A stretch of 11,207 bases of DNA from Calditrichaceae bacterium (GCA_050178385.1 JBFXGD010000116.1:1-11207); one strand, 5' to 3'. Shown: positions 1 through 8,572, numbered from the stretch's first letter. Notes: generated by a model not told the origin, from the letters alone. A program made the numbers and translations.

Positions 1-54
1 GTTCCTCACAGATATTGGATATTGCACATTTCGCGTATTACCATTTGTGGGAGT

Positions 55-801
55 TTATTTCCCTTGTTTCACTTTCGATTTTTCATCCGGATCCGAAGCT
101 GATCCAAGTTTATATAAAAACCGGATTAGGCCGCTGAATACATATAACATCATATAGGGAAAAATCAGTTCCTGAGGAAAAATAATCAGGGTCACTATGG
201 AGATAATCAATAATGAGACCATGATCTTCTGATTCCGGCTGCCCTTAAATGAAAAATTCGGCATAATTTCATAACGAATAGTACTGACCATTAATACCGA
301 CACAAGAAATGTAAGAACCAGCAGTAATTTTGGGAAATATTTATCCGGGAAAAACTCGTTTAAAAAAATAATATATCCCGCCAAAACAATCGCGGCCGCG
401 GGAGAAGGCAAACCGCTAAAATGATTTTTATCATATCCTGAAAGCTGAACATTAAACCGGGCCAGGCGGATACTACCAAACAACAAAGGGAAAAAACTGA
501 TAAATATGCCCACATGCCGCCATTGTGAAAAGTAAAAAGCGAAGATTAGCACCGCCGGCGCCAATCCAAATGACACCACATCCGCCAGAGAATCATATTC
601 GACGCCGAATTTGCTCGATGAATTTGTGATCCTTGCAACCTTCCCGTCCATTGAATCGAGAAATGCCGCCAGGACAATCATCCAGGAAGCCAATACAACA
701 TCCTTGTTAAAAACGGCAAAAATGACCGACATAAATCCACAGAACATATTTCCGACCGTGAAAAAGTTTGGTACGATGGTCCTAGACACCTTTAGCGCCA
801 T
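55..801 (-). CDS. pssA: CDP-diacylglycerol--serine O-phosphatidyltransferase (phosphatidylserine synthase, membrane-integral CDP-alcohol phosphotransferase type)
   Basis: 248-aa hydrophobic protein with N-terminal 'VPNFFTVGNMFCG' and the CDP-alcohol phosphotransferase motif DxxDGxxAR...GxxxDxxxD (LDSMDGKVARITNSSSKFGVEYDSLAD). It also has 'RLARFN' and 'FSGLPSPAAA'. Its start overlaps the psd stop by 1 nt (TAATG at 799-803). Confidence 0.95.
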   Translation of the reverse strand: MALKVSRTIVPNFFTVGNMFCGFMSVIFAVFNKDVVLASWMIVLAAFLDSMDGKVARITNSSSKFGVEYDSLADVVSFGLAPAVLIFAFYFSQWRHVGIFISFFPLLFGSIRLARFNVQLSGYDKNHFSGLPSPAAAIVLAGYIIFLNEFFPDKYFPKLLLVLTFLVSVLMVSTIRYEIMPNFSFKGSRNQKIMVSLLIISIVTLIIFPQELIFPYMMLYVFSGLIRFLYKLGSASDPDEKSKVKQGK

Positions 802-1439
802 TAAAACTCCCCGATAATTGTTGATCCGCCCTTGACTTTGTCTTTTGGTTTTACATGTATTTTTACGGAAAGCGGAAAAAACATATCAACCCTGGATCCG
901 TATTTAATCATACCAAAACGATCGCCCGCATTTACCTGATCGCCTTTATTGATGCGATATACAATACGCCTTGCAATTAATCCGGCAATCTGTTTGAACA
1001 GCAGACGCCCCTGCGCTGTTTTAATTCCTATCACCGATTGTTCATTGTAATCAGAAGCTCCATCCGCGAACGCCAGGAGATATTTCCCTTCCTTGTAACT
1101 CAGATGGTCGATTTCACCGGCAATGGGAATGCGGTTTACATGGACGTTAAAAACAGATAGAAAAATACAGACACGCCGGACTTTTTCCTGAAAATACTCA
1201 TTTTCCACAACTTCATCCACTTTCAGGACCGTCCCGTCCGCGGGAGATAATATTAAATTCTTTCCTTCCGGTATTTCACGCTCCGGATCACGGAAAAAGA
1301 AGAAATGGAATATAAATACAGCACCGATAAGTCCTGTGATAACATATGCGATAATACTCGCCGAAAAAACGGAAATGATCATAAATCCAATCAGGGCCAG
1401 CCCTGTATAGATTACAATTGAATATCCATCTTTAGTCAT
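801..1439 (-). CDS. psd: Phosphatidylserine decarboxylase proenzyme (short type, pyruvoyl-dependent)
   Basis: N-terminal hydrophobic segment, 'FFRDPER', 'SPADG', 'IFLSVFNVHVNRIP', 'QIAGLIARRI', and autocleavage motif 'KYGSRVD'. GAGGT RBS upstream; adjacent to pssA. Confidence 0.95.
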   Translation of the reverse strand: MTKDGYSIVIYTGLALIGFMIISVFSASIIAYVITGLIGAVFIFHFFFFRDPEREIPEGKNLILSPADGTVLKVDEVVENEYFQEKVRRVCIFLSVFNVHVNRIPIAGEIDHLSYKEGKYLLAFADGASDYNEQSVIGIKTAQGRLLFKQIAGLIARRIVYRINKGDQVNAGDRFGMIKYGSRVDMFFPLSVKIHVKPKDKVKGGSTIIGEF

Positions 1440-1447
1440 ATTTACCT

Positions 1448-2161
1448 CTATTCTCCGATCACCCTGTTAAATATCTCCTGATAAGCCTCTTCTACCTTAC
1501 CCATATCAAACCGGAATCGGTCTTTATCTAATTTTTCATTACTTTGCATATCCCAGAAACGGCATGTATCCGGTGAAATTTCATCACCGAGAATAACCTG
1601 ATTCTGATAGCGGCCAAATTCCATTTTAAAATCAATCAGTTTCAATTGCCGTCTCTCAAAATGAGCCTTCAGCACAGCATTAATCTTCGCCGCAAGCCTG
1701 GCGATATGTTTCATTTCATCGGGAGTCGCGTAACCGAGCGCGTAGGCAAATGATTCAGAAATAAGCGGATCGTGCATATCATCATTTTTCAGGAAGTATT
1801 CAATAAGCGGATATTTCAGCACTTTACCCTCTTCCACTCCATACCTTTTGCACAGACTACCGGCAGCAACGTTTCTTATGACCACTTCAACAGGAATAAT
1901 ATCCAGTTTTTTAACCAGCATTTCTTTGTCGCTGATTTTCTCGATAAAATGCGTCGGGATATTATAGCTTTCTAAAAATTCAAACAACTTTGATGAGATT
2001 GCATTGTTGAGAACACCCTTGTTCTTTATTTTTCCCTTTTTTCCCCCGTCAAAGGCGGTTGCATCGTCTTTAAACTCTTGAATTACCTGGTCTTCTTTAT
2101 CGGTAGCATAAACTTTTTTTGCTTTTCCTTCATAAAGGAGTTTTTTGTCAGCCAAGATCAT
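1448..2161 (-). CDS. purC: Phosphoribosylaminoimidazole-succinocarboxamide (SAICAR) synthase
   Basis: Motifs 'LYEGKAKKVY', 'FKDDATAF', 'PVEVVIRNVAAGS', 'DFKMEFG', 'DEISPDTCRFWD', 'LDKDRFR'. The true start may be the in-frame TTG at 2155 (see findings). Confidence 0.97.
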   Translation of the reverse strand: MILADKKLLYEGKAKKVYATDKEDQVIQEFKDDATAFDGGKKGKIKNKGVLNNAISSKLFEFLESYNIPTHFIEKISDKEMLVKKLDIIPVEVVIRNVAAGSLCKRYGVEEGKVLKYPLIEYFLKNDDMHDPLISESFAYALGYATPDEMKHIARLAAKINAVLKAHFERRQLKLIDFKMEFGRYQNQVILGDEISPDTCRFWDMQSNEKLDKDRFRFDMGKVEEAYQEIFNRVIGE

Positions 2162-2170
2162 TCCTCCTGT

Positions 2171-3463
2171 TTATAAACCAACCTTCTTAAATATATAAGT
2201 GACATTTTTTAAGCGATGTTCAACAGAACAAAGTTCCTCAATCTCATGTTCATTTAAATAATTTTTTATTTCATCATCGTTTTTAATTGCAGATTCGAAT
2301 TCAATGCCTTCTTCCCAAACCTTCATGGCATTCCGCTGCACCATACTGTAAGCTTTTTCCCTTGAAACATTTTTCCTGGTCAGCGCCAGAAGAATAACCT
2401 GTGAACTGAAGAGTCCATGGGTGATATTTAAATTTTTGAGCATATTTTCCGGAAAAACTTTCAGATTAGCGATCAATCCGGTCGATTTTTTCAGCATATA
2501 ATAGACAATCAGCGTGCTATCAGGCAATATAACTCTTTCCACGGATGAATGCGAAATATCACGCTCATGCCAAAGCGCCATATTTTCCATGGCCGCATGG
2601 GCATTTCCTCTCAGAAGTCTCGCCATTCCGGCAATTCGCTCGCAAATAATCGGATTTTTTTTATGCGGCATGGCGGATGACCCTTTTTGCCCTTTGGCAA
2701 ATGATTCTTCCGCTTCAAGTACCTCTGTTTTCTGAAGATGCCGTATTTCAACGGCTATTTTTTCAAGCGTTCCACCGATCAGCGCGATGGTTGTCATATA
2801 ATGCGCATGGCGGTCACGCTGCAATATCTGTGTTGAAATATTTGCCGGATTTAATCCTAATTTATTACACACATATTCTTCCACCCGCGGATCGAGATGA
2901 TCATAGGTGCCGACCGCGCCGGAAATTTGACCAACCCTTACTGATTCGATGGCTTCATGCAGTCTTGATTTCTGACGTTTTAATTCATCATACCACACCG
3001 CCAGTTTTAATCCGAAAGTGATGGGTTCCGCGTGGATGCCGTGTGTTCTTCCGATCATTAAGGTTTCTTTGAATTCAACCGCTCTCCGGCCGACCGCTTC
3101 AATCAATCCGTCAAGACTTTGAGAAATCAATTTGCCGGCTTCAACCATCTGCACCGCGAGAGCCGTGTCCAAAACATCCGAAGAAGTAAGACCATAGTGT
3201 ATGTATCTTGAACTTTCACCCACATATTCCGCGACATTTGTAAGGAATGCGATCACGTCATGCTTGACTTCTTCTTCGATCTCAAGGACTCTCCTGACAT
3301 CAAATTCAGCTTTTGCCTTGATCTGCTTAAGATCATCTTCGGGAACAAGACCCAGCGTATGCTGCGCTTCACAAGCGGCAATTTCGATTTCCAGCCAGAT
3401 TCGGAAGCGATTCTCGTCTTCCCAGATTTGAGACATTTCCGGCAAAGAATAACGTTGAATCAA
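2171..3463 (-). CDS. purB: Adenylosuccinate lyase (Bacillus-type, about 430 aa)
   Basis: Fumarate-lyase signature 'GSSAMPHKKNP', plus 'HDVIAF', 'HYGLTSSD', 'GRTHGIHAEP', 'LWHERDISHSSVER'. TTG start at 3461-3463, preceded by AAGGAAG. Confidence 0.97.
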   Translation of the reverse strand: MIQRYSLPEMSQIWEDENRFRIWLEIEIAACEAQHTLGLVPEDDLKQIKAKAEFDVRRVLEIEEEVKHDVIAFLTNVAEYVGESSRYIHYGLTSSDVLDTALAVQMVEAGKLISQSLDGLIEAVGRRAVEFKETLMIGRTHGIHAEPITFGLKLAVWYDELKRQKSRLHEAIESVRVGQISGAVGTYDHLDPRVEEYVCNKLGLNPANISTQILQRDRHAHYMTTIALIGGTLEKIAVEIRHLQKTEVLEAEESFAKGQKGSSAMPHKKNPIICERIAGMARLLRGNAHAAMENMALWHERDISHSSVERVILPDSTLIVYYMLKKSTGLIANLKVFPENMLKNLNITHGLFSSQVILLALTRKNVSREKAYSMVQRNAMKVWEEGIEFESAIKNDDEIKNYLNEHEIEELCSVEHRLKNVTYIFKKVGL

Positions 3464-3464
3464 T

Positions 3465-4685
3465 TTATCTTCCTTTTAATTTTTCCAAGGTGATTGTAAA
3501 CGTCAGGTATTGATTTTCGCGCCAGACCGTCACATCCATCTTATCGCCTACTTTCAGATCCATTGAAAGAGTGGCGTCTTCAACATCTGAAAATTTATGG
3601 ATTTCTGAACCATTAATTTTGACAACGATATCTCCCACCTTCAAGCCGGCGTGAGCAGCCGGACTATCGTTATCAATTCTGGGAATATAGGCTCCATCCG
3701 TTGAATTATATCCCAGCTCCGCCGCCAGAAATCTGCTCAGGTTTGAATAGTACATCCCCGTCCAGTAAGCGCGGTCGATCTTCTGATGCTGCTTTAACTC
3801 GGTAAATACTTCCTTGATCCGGTTGATGGGTATCGCGAATCCGATACCTACAGAACCACTGCTGTACTGGTCGCTGGTATAAATAAACGTGTTCATTCCA
3901 ATCACTTCACCCAGAGCGTTACAAAGCGGTCCGCCGCTGTTTCCGTTATTGATGGAAGCATCTGTCTGAATCATATCCTGATAAATGCGGTTGGAATTCA
4001 CTCGTCCGAAATCCCGGTCCGTCGCGCTGATCACTCCAACGGTGACCGTGGGCTGTCTCTTGAGAAACAGGCCAAACGGATTTCCCAGGGCGATGGCCCA
4101 TTCTCCGATCAATACCTGATCAGAGTCTCCCATCCTGATATATGGAAACGGCCCGCCATCCAGTTTTAGCAGGGCAATGTCGGAAACTCTGTCGCTCCCG
4201 ATAAAATTTGCGTGATGCTCCTGACCGTCGCTCATGGCAACAATAATTTCGGTGGCGTTTTCGACAACATGTTCATTGGTCAGGATATACCCGTCATCTG
4301 AAACAAGAAATCCGGATCCGATCGATTTTACCACATCCCGGTATTTACGATCCCGGAATATTTCAGGGAAAAACTCTTTAAAAAAGGGATCTCCCGAAAA
4401 CGGATTCCGCTGAATATATTCGCGAATTTTGGTCACATTGACGGAAACAACCGCCGGACTTACTTTTTTAATGGCGCGGGTAACAGCGGTTTCTCTTGAA
4501 TTATAGAGATTTTGATCCATCTCGCCGCTGAGATGCCGAAGTTTATCCGCCGAGTCATCCGTGCTCACAGAAGTGGTATCTGTTTTTGATGAATCCCTAT
4601 CCTGCCAGCTTGTATAGCTGTTCCAAATCACAAATCCGAACAATACTGCCGCAGCTGCATAGACGGTAAACCGTAATAATTTCAT
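3465..4685 (-). CDS. HtrA/DegS-like trypsin-family serine protease with N-terminal membrane anchor and a single PDZ domain
   Basis: Catalytic triad motifs 'TNEHVV' (His), 'SDIALL' (Asp) and 'QTDASINNGNSGGPL' (Ser); 'GSGF', 'GNPFGL', 'GIGFAIP'. One C-terminal PDZ ('SPAAHAGLKVGDIVVKING') and a hydrophobic N-terminus. Start uncertain: ATG at 4685 or GTG at 4697. Confidence 0.92.
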   Translation of the reverse strand: MKLLRFTVYAAAAVLFGFVIWNSYTSWQDRDSSKTDTTSVSTDDSADKLRHLSGEMDQNLYNSRETAVTRAIKKVSPAVVSVNVTKIREYIQRNPFSGDPFFKEFFPEIFRDRKYRDVVKSIGSGFLVSDDGYILTNEHVVENATEIIVAMSDGQEHHANFIGSDRVSDIALLKLDGGPFPYIRMGDSDQVLIGEWAIALGNPFGLFLKRQPTVTVGVISATDRDFGRVNSNRIYQDMIQTDASINNGNSGGPLCNALGEVIGMNTFIYTSDQYSSGSVGIGFAIPINRIKEVFTELKQHQKIDRAYWTGMYYSNLSRFLAAELGYNSTDGAYIPRIDNDSPAAHAGLKVGDIVVKINGSEIHKFSDVEDATLSMDLKVGDKMDVTVWRENQYLTFTITLEKLKGR

Positions 4686-4709
4686 TTGAGTATTCACTTA
4701 TTTATCATC

Positions 4710-4736
4710 AAAACACGGAGCCCGCGAACAGGCTCC
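4710..4736 (-). terminator. Stem-loop with UUCG tetraloop and weak U-tract downstream of the transaldolase gene (weak intrinsic terminator or mRNA-stability hairpin)
   Basis: The minus strand reads GGAGCCTG-TTCG-CGGGCTCC-GTGTTTT: an 8-bp stem with one U-G wobble, beginning 27 nt after the tal stop. Confidence 0.65.
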
Positions 4737-4763
4737 TTAGATTTAAGTTCTTTAGAATTTATA

Positions 4764-5408
4764 TCAACCCTGTACTTTTTTCCAGTCTTCCAGGAATTGT
4801 TCGATTCCCTTGTCCGTCAACGGGTGTTTCATAAGCTGTTCGATGACTTTAAACGGTATTGTCGCGATATCAGCGCCCATCATGGCCGCATCCACAACAT
4901 GCATAGGGGTGCGGATACTGGCTACAATGATTTCGGTTTCAATAGCATAGTTATTAAAAATCTGAACAATCTGTCCAATCAGATCCATACCCGCATTTGA
5001 GATATCGTCAAGACGTCCGACAAACGGGCTTATAAAATTCGCGCCGGCACGCGCCGCCAACAGCGCCTGAATCGGTGTGAATACCAATGTTACATTTGTG
5101 GGGATACCTTCACCGGAAAGCACTTTAACCGCCTTCAACCCATCCTTGGTCATAGGAATTTTTACCACAATGTTTTCATGCAGCTTTGCCAGTTCACGTC
5201 CTTCCTTAACCATGCCTTCCCAATTCAGAGAAACAACTTCCGCGTTTACCGGACCATTGACAATCTTGCATATTTCCAAAAATATTTCTTTTGGATCGCC
5301 TTTTTCGCGTGAGATAAGCGTCGGATTTGTAGTTACGCCATCGAGAACTCCTATGCTCGCGGCTTCACGTATCTGCTCAATGTTAGCAGTATCAATAAAA
5401 AACTTCAT
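4764..5408 (-). CDS. tal: Transaldolase (small TalC/FSA-like family)
   Basis: 'MKFFIDTAN', 'GVTTNPTL', Schiff-base Lys in 'VVKIP', 'TNVTLVF', '[10 protein letters not shown]', 'ASIR', '[15 protein letters not shown]'. AAGGAG RBS. Glu in 'NAEV' and Phe in 'SPFVGR' favour transaldolase over fructose-6-phosphate aldolase. Confidence 0.9.
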   Translation of the reverse strand: MKFFIDTANIEQIREAASIGVLDGVTTNPTLISREKGDPKEIFLEICKIVNGPVNAEVVSLNWEGMVKEGRELAKLHENIVVKIPMTKDGLKAVKVLSGEGIPTNVTLVFTPIQALLAARAGANFISPFVGRLDDISNAGMDLIGQIVQIFNNYAIETEIIVASIRTPMHVVDAAMMGADIATIPFKVIEQLMKHPLTDKGIEQFLEDWKKVQG

Positions 5409-5440
5409 TATAATTTCTCCTTAAAATTAAATCATATCAA

Positions 5441-6166
5441 TTAATATTGTATATTTTCCAAAAACAAACCATGAGCCGGAGCCGTATAAGGCACCATTCC
5501 CCGGTCCCCTGATTTTATAATTTTACGCAAATCCATAAGTGTTATTTTACCTCTGCCCAGTTCAATGAGCGCTCCTGTGATCGCCCTGACCATTCCGTGC
5601 AAAAACCGGTTTGCGGCAATTTCGTACACCAAAAACCCTTCCCTAAACAGCCATTCACTTCTGTGAATCTCACAGCGATGATGCTTTACTTCGCTTTTTA
5701 CCTTGCAAAAAGATCTAAAATCTTCCGTGCCGCGTATAATCTCCGCGCCATTCTGCATCAACATCAAATTCAGTTTGCTATGAACAGTCCATGTATATCT
5801 TCTGCTTATGGCCGTAGGGCTCTGGGAAACATAATAACGATATAGGCGGGAAGTGGCGTCGTATCTCGCATGAAAATCTGTTTCGCATTCATCGATTTCT
5901 TTTATAACGATATCTTTATCCAGTATTCCGTTCAGGGAACGCTTCAGCCCTGATAAATCTCGTTCGGGGATATCTGCATGAGCGACCTGATTTCTCGCGT
6001 GCACTCCGCTGTCCGTTCTGCCCGCGCCGGTTATCCGTATATTTTCCCTGAATATGATAGATAAGGCCTTTTCTATTTCTTCCTGAATCGTCCGCTGGTT
6101 ATTCTGAAATTGCCAGCCGAAATATTCGGTACCATCATATTCAATTGTGAGTTTTATTCTGGGCAT
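5441..6166 (-). CDS. truA: tRNA pseudouridine(38-40) synthase
   Basis: 'IEYDGTEYFGWQ', catalytic 'GAGRTDSGVHARNQV', 'FHARYDA', 'DFRSF', 'NRFLHGMVR', 'TAPAHGLFL'. Confidence 0.97.
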   Translation of the reverse strand: MPRIKLTIEYDGTEYFGWQFQNNQRTIQEEIEKALSIIFRENIRITGAGRTDSGVHARNQVAHADIPERDLSGLKRSLNGILDKDIVIKEIDECETDFHARYDATSRLYRYYVSQSPTAISRRYTWTVHSKLNLMLMQNGAEIIRGTEDFRSFCKVKSEVKHHRCEIHRSEWLFREGFLVYEIAANRFLHGMVRAITGALIELGRGKITLMDLRKIIKSGDRGMVPYTAPAHGLFLENIQY

Positions 6167-6198
6167 TCACCTTACTTTTTGGATTTCATAAAGTACTG

Positions 6199-6227
6199 AA
6201 TATAAGCTATTTTGGATATCAATTCAA
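6199..6227 (-). promoter_or_regulatory. Candidate sigma70-type promoter for the truA block
   Basis: The minus strand reads TTGAAT (6227-6222), 17 nt, TATATT (6204-6199). It lies between the ccm terminator and the truA start at 6166. Confidence 0.6.
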
Positions 6228-6282
6228 GTAAGCCGCCGGCCGCTCCGGACTCATTTTTTTTGATTATCTCATTATTTGAATT

Positions 6283-6313
6283 AAAAAAAAGGCCGCGTTA
6301 TATATTCGCGGCC
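6283..6313 (-). terminator. Rho-independent terminator of the ccm operon
   Basis: The minus strand reads GGCCGCG-AATATATAA-CGCGGCC-TTTTTTTT: a perfect 7-bp GC stem followed by 8 U, beginning 36 nt after the ccmF stop. Confidence 0.9.
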
Positions 6314-6349
6314 CGGTATTTAAAATCAATAAGATGACTTCAATAATAT

Positions 6350-8572
6350 TTACAATTTTTTCCTGTTCGTCCTGAAATAAATGGCAGTTATAAACCCGGA
6401 AATCATAATTACTGTCCCAAGCCATAAGAGATTTATAAGCGGTTTGATGGTTACTTCAACGGCGAGTATTTCCTTACCGTTCCCGGCATTAGCGGATCCT
6501 TTTTTCTTGGCAACTCCCAACAGAAGAGATTTATTTTCAACATTGATGCTCTTGATAAAAACGGAACGGTCCGTGCCCGGAAGTGTCGCGGGATATATTT
6601 CCTTGTCATCTCCCCTCATACCGATTGCCGGCTTAATAATTTCCTTAATCCCTTCCTTGCCGTTGCCGGTTTCAATTACCGCGGCAATCTTCATATCGGA
6701 ACTCTCCATCTCATGAGAATTCATATCATATCCGGTGAAAACAAAGGTATATTCACCGTAAACAAGCGGTTCGTTCTTTTTTAACTCAAGATCATCCGTC
6801 TGCGGCATAGTCTCATCGGCGGGTATAATCTGAATAGGTGAGATGTACAAATCCTTAAAAATCATATTCTGCACAGAAGGCGCGACCATGTACGCCTTGC
6901 TATACTCACTCCAGTAAAATTTCGCGAAAGTCTCTTTCGAATCATTGATAGTAATGAGCACTTTATCCTTGCCGTCCGGAGAAGCAAGTTTGCCGCCGTA
7001 TTTCAAATCGTATCCCATCACATTGCGGTTCGTATCCATCGGGAGCGTGACCTTGACCGATGAATCATAGACGGACGAGGTAATGATGCCGATTAACATC
7101 AACCCGATTCCGACATGCGTAAGATAACCTCCGAAAGCATAGGTTTTTGCTTTGATCATTCTATAGACAATTTCACCGTTTATTAAAATAACAAACACGG
7201 CAAGTACAGCTATAATCAAAGGAATAAAGTCTCTGATACCGAGTGCAAACATCACTGCGCCGACTAATAGGCTAACGGCACCCTGAACAAGGACACTTTT
7301 TAATTTTTGCGCGCTATCCCTTTTCCAGCTTAACAACGGGGCGAGAGAAATAAGCAAAGCGATTAAAATAGCGATCGGACCTGCCAGGGTGTTATAGTAC
7401 TCAATCGAAACATTGGAAGCCGTTCCAAACAGACCCGTAATCAGCGGGGAGGAAGTACCAAAAAAAGTAAATATCGCCAGAATAAGAAGCGTCAAAATCC
7501 CGAAAAGCATAAAACTTTCCCGTGTAAAGAAGGCCGTCTGTACCTTTTCACTTTTAACCTCCTGTACCCTGAACATAAATGTCAGCGCCGCGAGACCGGT
7601 AAAGAACACAACAAACCCGACAAGATAAGTTGATAACTCCGAGGCGCCGAAGGAATGAACCGAAAAATCTGTCAATACCCCGCTTCTGGTGAGAAAACTT
7701 CCGTAGAGTACCAGCACAAAAGTCAGCAGAGCCAGAAAAATATTTGTTTTCTTCATGCCTCCCTGCTTTTTTTGTATCATAAAGCCGTGGATCAGCGCCA
7801 AAGATGTCAGCCAGGGTATCAGGGAACTGTTCTCCACTGGATCCCATCCCCAGTATCCTCCCCAACCAAGTGTTGTGTAGGCCCAGTATCCACCGAGAAT
7901 GATTCCCGTCCCGAGGGACAATCCCACAAATAACGCGAATGGAAAAGCGTTTTTTATCCAATCGTTATAATTTCTGCGAATTAATGCCGCCATGGCAAAA
8001 GCAAATATAATCATCGTCGAAGAATAGCCTGAAAAAAGAATCGGCGGGTGTATGGTCATCCAGGGATCCTGAAGCAGCGGATTGAGGCCGTTCCCGTCAA
8101 AAGGCACAATACCGGCCGGAAAACCTGACGGATTAATTTCCCAAACATACGTAAATGGATTTTTCTTGATCAAAATCATTACTATGAACGCTTGAACAAG
8201 ATTCATAAAACTCATCACAAGAGGCTCGTCATCTTTTCTGGAACGGATAATAATTAGCCCGTAAATCGAACCTAAAAGCAGCCATAAAAGAAAAGTGCCT
8301 TCCTGACCCGCCCAGAAAGTCGAAATGAGATAATAAAGCGTCAGATCCCGCGATGAATAACTGAATACATACATCCATTCAAATTTATGATTTAATATGC
8401 CCCACATGAGCATCGACGATTGAAGTACTATAAGAGCAGTCGCGGTGTAAAATCCAAGACGGGCTATCTTCAGAAGCGCATCTTCACCGCGTTTATAATA
8501 TAAATAGTAAGAGGCTATGCTTATGATCAGGGCGACAAAAGTTAATGAAGTTGCCGTAATTCCTATTATCAT
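6350..8572 (-). CDS. ccmF: Cytochrome c biogenesis protein CcmF (heme lyase, CcmF/NrfE family)
   Basis: WWD motif 'WGGYWGWDPVENSSL', 'WAGQEGTFLLW', 'GLNPLLQDPWMTIHPP', 'FLTRSG...SVHSF', 'THVG', 'KPLINLLWLG', and many TM segments. Start moved from 8608 to the ATG at 8572, which overlaps the ccmE stop as ATGA and follows AAGGAA; 740 aa. Confidence 0.95.
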   Translation of the reverse strand: MIIGITATSLTFVALIISIASYYLYYKRGEDALLKIARLGFYTATALIVLQSSMLMWGILNHKFEWMYVFSYSSRDLTLYYLISTFWAGQEGTFLLWLLLGSIYGLIIIRSRKDDEPLVMSFMNLVQAFIVMILIKKNPFTYVWEINPSGFPAGIVPFDGNGLNPLLQDPWMTIHPPILFSGYSSTMIIFAFAMAALIRRNYNDWIKNAFPFALFVGLSLGTGIILGGYWAYTTLGWGGYWGWDPVENSSLIPWLTSLALIHGFMIQKKQGGMKKTNIFLALLTFVLVLYGSFLTRSGVLTDFSVHSFGASELSTYLVGFVVFFTGLAALTFMFRVQEVKSEKVQTAFFTRESFMLFGILTLLILAIFTFFGTSSPLITGLFGTASNVSIEYYNTLAGPIAILIALLISLAPLLSWKRDSAQKLKSVLVQGAVSLLVGAVMFALGIRDFIPLIIAVLAVFVILINGEIVYRMIKAKTYAFGGYLTHVGIGLMLIGIITSSVYDSSVKVTLPMDTNRNVMGYDLKYGGKLASPDGKDKVLITINDSKETFAKFYWSEYSKAYMVAPSVQNMIFKDLYISPIQIIPADETMPQTDDLELKKNEPLVYGEYTFVFTGYDMNSHEMESSDMKIAAVIETGNGKEGIKEIIKPAIGMRGDDKEIYPATLPGTDRSVFIKSINVENKSLLLGVAKKKGSANAGNGKEILAVEVTIKPLINLLWLGTVIMISGFITAIYFRTNRKKL

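Noticed and set aside
1..54. Tandem GATATTG x2 (11-24), an imperfect inverted repeat (CACAGAT...ATTTGTG), and a 12-codon minus-strand ORF (MVIREMCNIQYL)
   Set aside because: Too short and weak to call. The minus strand ends in GAGGAAC, which is more simply the RBS of the next gene just outside the window.
6231..6262. GC-rich patch with CCGG-N5-CCGG and an adjacent T-run
   Set aside because: The stem is only 4 bp and there is no plus-strand gene to terminate; not supportable as a structure or ncRNA.
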